Below, one piece after another: positions 56,144 to 64,000 of a stretch of 64,000 nucleotides of DNA. Each line of letters opens with the position of its first letter. Positions within the stretch are counted from its first letter, which is position 1. Source of the DNA: Mantamonas sphyraenae STR306 (lineage: Eukaryota > Protista > CRuMs); the NCBI GenBank assembly GCA_026936335.1, contig JAPMXV010000033.1:204548-268547 (forward strand), read 5' to 3'. Under the pieces are notes generated by a model. The model worked only from the letters and a program-made list of their open reading frames with translations, searched no databases and was not told the DNA's origin. The translations under genes and the position numbers were made by a program.

Positions 56144-59100
56144 TCATTCGAGACGTTGGCGTTAGGAGGAGGAGGAGGAGGAAGGGTCTTTGCGCTTGGG
56201 GAGGGTGAAGGAGGGGATGGGGTAGGCGTTGACGAGTGCAGGGGTGGTGGGGCGGGTGTTGATGTGGGGTGTGATGCGGTCGATGAGGGTGTGGAGGAGG
56301 GTGTGCAGTGTGGCGTCGCTGGGTTTGGGGTTGTCGAGCCAGGCGATCTTGAGGGAGAGGGAGGTGACACCGCGGGTGAGGGTGGCGCTGACGGCAGGTT
56401 GCACCTTCTTGTAGGTGAGGCGTGGCCTGAGGAGGCGAACAAAGAAGGCCAGGTCGACAGGCGGCACGCCAACGTTGCCCAGCGCCAGGATGATGTGTCG
56501 CACCAGGGATTTCAGGTCGCCGTTGTTGACCAGTTCCCGCAGTGCCTGGTGCTCGTGTGTGTGCTGATGGCGAGGGTGCTTGGCTGCGCGTGCCTTCATG
56601 TGTGCCAGCAGCGTCTGGAACTCCCGCGCCGTGCAGCTGCCACGCTCGTCTGCGGATGTGTTCCAGCCACTGCGTACAGACTCAGGATGCCACTTTTCCA
56701 CCTTGGTGGTGGTGAGGTGGTGGTCGTAGTCGCATTGTGTCCAGTGTGGGTCGCTGTCGTTGTCAGCAGGGCGTCGTGCTTTCTGCAGCCACAGCTGGGT
56801 CTGCTCGTACTCCTTCCAGCTGGTGGGATGGGGACTGTTGTCGAGAGTGTCCATCTCTGTCATGATCAGGTGGAGGAGGGCGTAGTTGGGGTCGCCGTGG
56901 TCGTGTGGCTCCTCCAGCCAGCACACCTTCAACCCAGCCTTTGTCACACCTATGGCCAGACCAGCGTGGATGATGGCAGAGATGCACGAATGTTGATCCA
57001 TGTCACGACCGAGAAGGGTGAGGCAGAAGGCCATGTCGCCCTGGGAGAGGGGAATGTTGCCCAGAGCGAGCTGAATCTGTCGGACAAGCGTGTTCAGGGT
57101 GCCATGGCAGACCATAACACGCGCCTGCAGGGTCATGAGGTCCGAGATGTCGTCGATGGGATGCTCGTTGGCCAGGGTGTACATGTGGTTCAGCAGTGCC
57201 GTGTGCTCCTTCTTGTTGCTGTGGCTGCGCTCGTTCCTGCGCCAGGTTTTCCAGCCACTGCACACAACGCCATCTGGCAGTCCATCCTCCACGTCCATCA
57301 TCTCCTCCTCCTGATGGGCTTGGGCAGAACAAGCTTATGGATGTCGAGGACATTTACGGCGTCGTGGTGGTGGATCGGGTGGTGATGTGGGGTGTGATGC
57401 GGTCGATGAGGGTGTGGAGGAGAGGGTGTGCAGTGTGGCGTCGCTGGGTTGGGGTTTGTCGAGCCAGGCGATCTTGAGGGAGAGGGAGGTGACGCCGCGG
57501 GTGAGGGTGACGCTGATGGCATTTTTCACCTGCTGGTAGGTGAGGCGTGGCCTGAGGAGGCGGACAAAGAAGGCCAGGTCGACAGGCGGCACGCCAACGT
57601 TGCCCAGCGCCAGGATGATGTGTCGCAGCAGGGACAGCTGGCTGCCGTTGTTGATCAGCTCACGCAGTGCCTGTTGCTCGTGTGCGTGCTGATGGCGAGG
57701 GTGCTTGGCTGCGCGTGCCTTCATGTGTGCCAGCAGCGTCTGGAACTCCCGCGCCGTGCAGCTGCCACGCTCGTCGCTGGTTCTGGCACTGCTCCAGCCA
57801 CTGCGCACAGACTCAGGATGCCACTTGTCCACCTTGGTGGTGGTGAGGTGGTGGTCGTAGTCGCATTGTGTCCAGTGTGGGTCGCTGTCGTTGTCAGCAG
57901 GGCGTCGTGCTTCCTGCAGCCACAGCTGGGTCTGCTCGTGCTCCTTCCAGGTGGTGGGATGGGTCTGTCGCCAAGAGTGTCCATCTCTGTCATGAGCAGG
58001 TGGAGGAGGGCGTAGTTGGGGTCGCCGTGGTCGTGTGGCTCCTCCAGCCAGCACACCTTCAACCCAGCCTTTGTCACACCCACGGCCAGACCAGCGTTGA
58101 TGATGGATGCACTCCATGCCTTTTGATCCATGTCATGGCCGAGAAGGGTGAGGCAGAGGGCCATGTCGCCCTGGGAGAGGGGAATGTTACCCAGAGCGAG
58201 CTGAGTCTGTCGGACGAGCGTCACCAGGGTGCCATGGCAGACGACAATACGCGCATGCAGGGTCATGAGGTCTGGGATATTGTCGATGGGATGCTCGGAG
58301 GCCAGGGTGCGCATGTGCTTCAGCAGTGCCGTGTGCTCCTTCTTGTTGCAGTGACTGCGCTCGTCACTGCAGTTGTGCGACCACCCTTTGCGCACAACAC
58401 CATCTGGCAACATGCTCGTCTTGTCCACGCCTGATTTCTTCCGTGCGCCGGTGTCTCCGTTCTCGGCCCTCCTTGCCCGTGTGCTTGACGTTCCTGTCTC
58501 TGTGCCACTGCCAGCCGCGACCCCGAGCCTGTGCTGTCCGGTGCCTTTCATCTTTTGTGAACCAGCATGTCGACTGGTGTGGCCTCTGCGTTGTTGTGTG
58601 CGGGCTCTACATGTGCGCGTCGGCTGCCATTCGTCCGTGTCTTCCTGCTCCATGTCGTCTGTGTCGTCGTCGCTGTCGTCTTGCGGCATGTGCTCCTCAT
58701 CCATGGCATCACCAGTTTCTGCAATGCTGAGTGCACCCTGAGTTTCCAACTCGTCGTCCACGTGCTGCTGGGTTGCGTCGTTTGCCTCGTCGTCTTCTTC
58801 GTACGCCTCCATTCCTGAGCTGGTCATCCACTCTGTGTTGCTGGAGGGTGACCGTGGTTCTTGATGGCCAAAGTTCAGGAACATCAAATCCTCCACGTCG
58901 CCGGTGTCATGTGTGTGTGTGTCTTGGTGTGCGTCGTCGGCGTCGCTGTCTCCAGTCTGCCGTGTGGCCTGGTGGGACGAGAACGACGATGTGGTGGTGG
59001 AAGTGGTCCGTGTGATGCCGACAAAGGCAGGGCTGATGCGTTTGGGGACGCGGTTGTGGTTTGTGGTGGGTTGAGCAGGCGGAGGGTGCAACGGAGGCTG

Positions 59101-59313
59101 AGCGAAGTGCATCTGGGCGGTTTGTCGCGGCTGAGGAGGCGGCGGAGGAGGGTAGGCGTAGTATGGATGGCCCTGATGAGCATATGCGTGGTGCTGCTGA
59201 GCACGGATGTTGACAGGGACCCAGATGATGGGTGGTTGTGGGTGGTACGGGTTTTGTACGCCAGAGGCGGGCAGCATGTTCGGAAACGGCTGGGCAGCCA
59301 TGGGAGGGACCAT
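56144..59313 (-). pseudogene. Subtelomeric repeat-domain gene, copy B (frameshifted; ORF pieces 59313-57721, 58117-57335, 57301-56162)
   Basis: Colinear with ORF 63187-59618. Indels near 57961, 57420 and 57370-57310; TAA in place of AAA at 56164-56162. May be partly assembly error. Confidence 0.7.
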
Positions 59314-60009
59314 GTACGCGTAGCTGTGGGGAGAAGGGGAGGAGCAGGGTGGGGTTGGAACGGTGAGCGGAAGGCGGAATGGACGCCGTCAGGGCACAAG
59401 CGGGGGTGAAGGGAGGCTGGAGCGAGCAAAGAGGGGAAAACGAAGGAGATTGGCAGACCGAGAAACTGGCAACGGGGAGGGCAGTGACAGGGGAGACGGG
59501 ATCGGAGAAGAGCGGAGAAGGCAGCAGCGGTGGTGATGGGAAAGTGGAGATGCAGAAGAGGAGTGCAGGGAAGCGACGGAAGCATGGAGGAGGCAAGGAA
59601 GTGGGAGAAGCGGGCAGTCAGAAAACGGAGTGGAAGGCAGAACGCACGCTGGGTAGGAGTTGGGTGTGTGTTGTCGCTTCGGAGTGCTTGGATAGTCTTT
59701 GTCCATGGTGGTGGTGGTGGTACTGGGGTGTATGTGGATTGTGTTGGACTGGTGGAGGGTGTTGTGGGTGTTGGGGATATTTTGGTTGAAGGCGGATGGG
59801 TGGGGTGCACAGGTGGATGAGGCGATGGAGGTGGCGTTGGTGATGAATGGGGAGGAGAAGGAAGCGATGTTTGAGTGTGGTGGGATGGAGGAGTATGTGG
59901 AGGAGAGAGGATGGGGAGGGTGGGTGACACTGCCAGATGAGGTGATAGAGAGGGTGATTGGGTGCGGAGGAGAGGGTGAGTGGTAAGGGTGTGGGAATGA
60001 AGGGGTGGT

Positions 60010-63000
60010 TCATTCGAGGCGCTGGCGTTTGGAGGGAGGAGGAGGAGGAGGAGGAAGGGTCTTTGCGCTTGGGGAGGGTGAACGAGGGGATGGGGTAGGC
60101 GTTGACGAGTGCGGTGGTGGTAGGGCGGGTGGTGATGTGGGGTGTGATGCGGTCGATGAGGGTGTGGAGGAGGGTGTGCAGTGTGGTGTCGCTGGGTTTG
60201 GGGTTGTCGAGCCAGGCGATCTTGAGGGAGAGGGAGGTGACACCGCGGGTGAGGGTGAGGCTGATGGCACTTTGCACCTGTTGGTAGGTGAGTTGTGGCC
60301 TGAGGAGGCGGACAAAGAAGGCCAGGTCGACGGGCGGCACGCCAACGTTGCCCAGCGCCAGGATGATGTGTCGCACCAGGGGCCTCAGGCTGCCGTTGTT
60401 GATCAGTTCACGCAGTGCCTGGAGCTCGTGTGCGTGCTGATGGCGAGGGTGCTTGGCTGCGCGTGCCTTCATGTGTGCCAGCAGCGGCCGGAACTCCCGC
60501 GCAGTGCAGCTGCCACGCTCGTCGTGGTTGGATGCGTCCCAGCCACTGCGAACAGACTCAGGGTGCCACTTGTCCACCTTGGCTGTGGCGAAGTGGTGGT
60601 CGTAGTCGCATTGTGCCCAGTGTGGGTCGCTGTCGTTGTCAGCAGGGCGTCGTGCTTCCTGCAGCCACAGCTGGGTCTGCTTGTGCTCCTTCCAGGTGGT
60701 GGGATGGGGCCTGTCGCCGAGAGTGCCCATTTCTGTCATGAGCAGGTGGAGGAGGGCGTAGTTGGGGTCGCCGTGGTCGTGTGGCTCCTCCAGCCAGCAT
60801 ACCTTCAACCCAGCCTTTGTCACCCCCATGGCCAGCCCAGCGTCATTGATGGCACTGCTGCACGCATGTTGATCAATATCACGGCCGAGAAGAGTGAGGC
60901 AGAGGGCCATGTCGCCCTGGGAGAGGGGAATGTTGCCCAGAGCGAGCTGAATCTGTCGGACGAGCGTCAACAGGGTGCCATGGCAGACCACAACACGCGC
61001 CTGAAGGGCCATGAGGTCTGGGATGTCGTCGATGGCATGCTCATTGGCCAGGGTGTGCATGTGGTTCAGCAGTGCCGTGTGCTCCTTCTTGTTGCTGTGG
61101 CTGCGCTCGCTTTTGCGCCAGAATGTCCAGCCACTGCGCACAACGCCATCTGGCAGTCCATCCTCCACGGCCATCTTCTCCTCCTCTGTTTGCTCAGGCA
61201 GAACAAGCTCGGTGATGCGTAGGGTGTTGACTGCGTCAACGGTGGTGGGACGGGTGGTGATGCGGGGTGTGATGCGGTCGATGAGGGTGTGGAGGAGGGT
61301 GTGCAGTGTGGCGTCGCTGGGTTTGGGGTTGTCGAGCCAGGCGATCTTGAGGGAGAGGGAGGTGACGCCACGAGCGAGGGATTTGCTGATGGCAGGTTGC
61401 ACCTTCTTGTAGGTGAGGTGTGGCCTGAGGAGGCGGACAAAGAAAAACAGGTCGACAGGCGGAAGGCCAACGTTGCCCAGCGTCAGCATGATGTGTCGCA
61501 GCAGAGACTTCAGGCTGCCGTTGTTGATCAGCTCACGCAGTGTCTGGTTCTCGTGTGTGAGCTGATGGCGACGGTGCTTGGCTGCGCGTGCCTTCATATG
61601 TGCCAGTAGCGTCTGGAACTCCCGTGCCGTGCAGCTGCCTCGCTCGTCGCTGGGGGTGGCACTGCTCCAGCCACTGCGCACAGACTCAGGACGCCACTTG
61701 TCCACCTTGGTGGTGGTGAGGTGGTGGTCGTAGTCGCATTGTGTCCAGTGTGGGTCGCTGTCGTTGTCAGCAGGGCGTCGTGCTTGCTGCAGCCACAGCT
61801 GGGTTTGCTTGTGCTCCTTCCAGCTGGTGGGATGGGGTCTGTCGCCAAGAGTGTCCATCTCTGTCATGAGCAGGTGGAGAAGGGCGTAGTTGGGGTCGCC
61901 GTGGTCGTGTGGTTCCTCCAGCCAGCACACCTTCAACCCAGCCTTGGTCACACCCATGGCCAGACCAGCGTCGCGGATGGCACAGCTGCACGCCACTTGA
62001 TCCACATCTCGGCCGAGAAGGGTGAGGCAGAGGGCCATGTCGCCCTGGGAGAGGAGAATGTTGCCCAGAGTGAGCTGAATCTGTCGGATCAGCGTGTTCA
62101 GGGTGCCATGGCAGACCAAAACACGCGCCTGCAGGGTCATGAGGTCGGGCATGTCTTCGATGCGATGCTCGTTGGCCAGGGTGTGCATGTGGTTCAGCAG
62201 TGCCGTGTGCTCCTTCTTGTTGCTGTGGCTGCGGTCGTCACTAGGTCCCATTTTCCACCCTTTGCGAACAACTCCATCTGGCAACTTGTTCGTCTTGTCC
62301 ACGCCTGATTTCTTCCGTGCGCTGGTGTCTCCGTTCTTGGCCCTCCTTGCCCGTGTGCTCGACGTTCCTGTCTCTGTGCCACTGCCAGCCGTGACCCTGA
62401 GCCTGCGCTGTCCGCTGCCATTCATCTTCTGTGTACCAGTACGATGGCTGGCGTGGTTTCTTCGTCGAGTGTGGCCTCCTCTTGTGCGTCTCGGCTGCCA
62501 TTCGTCCGTGTCCTCCTGTTCGATGTCGTCTGTGTCGTCGTCGCTGTCATCTTGCGGCAGGTACTCCTCAACCATGAAATCACCAGTTTCTGCAATGCTG
62601 AGTGTGCCCTGAGTTTCCATCTCGTCGTCCACATGCTGCTGGGTTGCGTCGTTTGCCTCGAGGTCTTCTTCGTACGCCTCCATCCTTGAGCTGGTCATCC
62701 ACTCTGGGTTGCTGAAGATTGACCGTGGTTCACGGTGGCCAAAGTTCAGCACCATCAGGTCCTCCACGTCGCCAGTGTCATGTGTGCGTGTGTCCTGGTC
62801 TGCGTCGTCGGCGTCGCAGTCTCCAGTCTGGCGTGTGACCTGGTGGGAGGAGGACGACGATGTGGTGGTGGATGTAGTCCGTGTGATGCCGACAAAGGCA
62901 GGGCTGATGCGTTTCGGGACGCGGTTGTGGTTTGTGGTGGGTTGAGCAGGTGGAGGGTGAAACGGAGGCTGAGCGAAGTGCATCTGGGCGGTTTGTCGCG

Positions 63001-63187
63001 GCTGAGGAGGCGGAGGAGGAGGGTAGGCGTAGTATGGGTGGCCCTGATGAGCATATGCGTGGTGCTGCTGGAGGTGGGTGTTGACAGGGACCCAGATGAT
63101 GGGTGGTTGTGGATGCTGGTACGGGTTTTGTACGCCTTGGACGGGCAGCATGTTCGGAAACGGCTGGGCAGCCATGGGAGGGACCAT
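60010..63187 (-). CDS. Subtelomeric repeat-domain gene, copy A: P/Q/H-rich, acidic and basic N-terminus followed by four homologous ~190-aa repeats (A-B-A-B); true stop probably at 60010
   Basis: ORF 63187-59618 with an internal ~1.13-kb duplication. One extra C at ~60034 diverts the ORF from the ...SKRQRLE* ending shared with copy B. Confidence 0.75.
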
Positions 63188-63845
63188 GTACGCGTAGCTG
63201 TGGGGACACGGGGAGGGGCAAGGCAGGGTGGGAACGGTGAGCGGAAGGCGGAATGGACGCCGTCAGGGCAGAAGCGGGGGGTGAACGGGAGGCTGGAACG
63301 AGCAAAGAGGGAAAACGGAGGAGATTGGCAGACCGGGAAACTGGCAACGGGGAGGGCAGTGACATGGGAGAGGGGATCGGAGAAGAGCGGAGAAGGCAGA
63401 AACGGTGGTGATGGGGAAGTGGAGATGCAGGGGAGGAGTGCAGGGAAGCGACGGAGGCATGAAGGAGGGAAGGAAGCGGGAGAAGCGGGCAGTCAGAAAA
63501 CGGAGTGGAAGGCAGAACGCACGCTGGGTAGGTGTTGGGTGTGTGTTGTTGCTTCGGAGTGCTTGAGTAGTATTTGTCCATGGTGGTGGTGGTGGTACTG
63601 GAGTGTATGTGGATTGTGTTGGACTGGTGGAGGGTGTTGTGGGTGTTGGTGATACTTTGGTTGAAGGCGGATGGGCAGTGCTGACTGCGCGGCGTTGCAA
63701 GACGACGGCCACTCACAAGCGACATTTCCACTCCCACCCATTGCCCACTGCCCCATGTCACCACCCAACTCAGCCACACGCCAGCAAACACAAGCACAAC
63801 TCACTTGATATACACCGGAATCACCACACCCATGATAACAGACAT

Positions 63846-64000
63846 TTAGGGTTAGAGTTAGGGTTAGGGCTTAGGGATAGGGTTAGGGTTAGGGTTAGGG
63901 TTAGGGTTAGGGTTAGGGTTAGGGTTAGGGTTAGGGTTAGGGTTAGGGTTAGGGTTAGGGTTAGGGTTAGGGTTAGTTAGGGTTAGGGTTAGGGTTAGGG
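63846..64000 (+). repeat. Telomere (TTAGGG)n with degenerate proximal units
   Basis: Perfect TTAGGG array to the window end; variants TTAGAG (63852), CTTAGGG (63870), ATAGGG (63877), TTAG (63973). Confidence 0.99.

Larger units (their letters stand above)
56110..63675. repeat. Direct tandem segmental duplication, unit ~3.87 kb (~56110-59800 and ~59975-63675), including ~480 bp of upstream non-coding DNA
   Basis: 59314-59800 closely matches 63188-63675; start codons at 59313 and 63187 are 3874 bp apart. Confidence 0.92.

Noticed and set aside
56162-56164. Stop-codon reassignment (TAA read as sense)
   Set aside because: TAA terminates VDAC (15254) and the EGF protein (50769) at sensible C-termini, and the long ORFs contain no in-frame stops.
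59618-60009. C-terminal extension of the 1189-aa ORF
   Set aside because: Arises from one extra C and runs into non-coding DNA duplicated at ~63500-63675; absent from copy B.
56144-63187. Telomeric retrotransposon, Helitron or Y'-like helicase element
   Set aside because: No RT (YxDD), endonuclease, integrase, Rep or helicase motifs, and no poly(A) tail or LTR/TIR seen.
63603-63980. ORF with (RV)n tail
   Set aside because: Translation of telomeric repeats.
1-64000. tRNA, rRNA or snRNA genes
   Set aside because: None recognised by eye; a covariance-model scan would be needed to exclude small intronic RNAs.

Overview
Right-hand end of a chromosome from a GC-rich, gene-dense, intron-containing eukaryote, most likely a free-living flagellated protist; the species cannot be determined from the sequence. 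The window ends in a (TTAGGG)n telomere (63846-64000). About 14 conventional genes are packed with very short intergenic gaps (10-530 bp) and short GT-AG introns: a partial EML/HELP-WD40 gene, a QRICH2/DUF4795-like coiled-coil protein, a kexin/furin-type protease, a TTC6-like TPR protein with three apparent frameshifts, VDAC, a ~7485-aa ankyrin/Gly-Tyr-repeat/CLU/TPR/CAP-Gly giant, a ~1330-aa unknown protein, a miniature DEG/ENaC-like two-TM protein, a 68-aa IQ+UIM peptide, class III eIF4E, an EGF-repeat multi-TM protein, BCAT, an ERMARD-like protein and a Cys-rich multi-TM protein. The last ~7.7 kb is a tandem pair of a subtelomeric gene encoding an unrecognised four-repeat (A-B-A-B) domain with a cryptic C-terminal bipartite NLS. 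Best novelty candidates: that telomere-linked family, the giant CLU/CAP-Gly protein, the mini DEG/ENaC-like channel and a possible TTT-TGA +1 frameshift. All family assignments come from motif recognition by eye; no searches were run.
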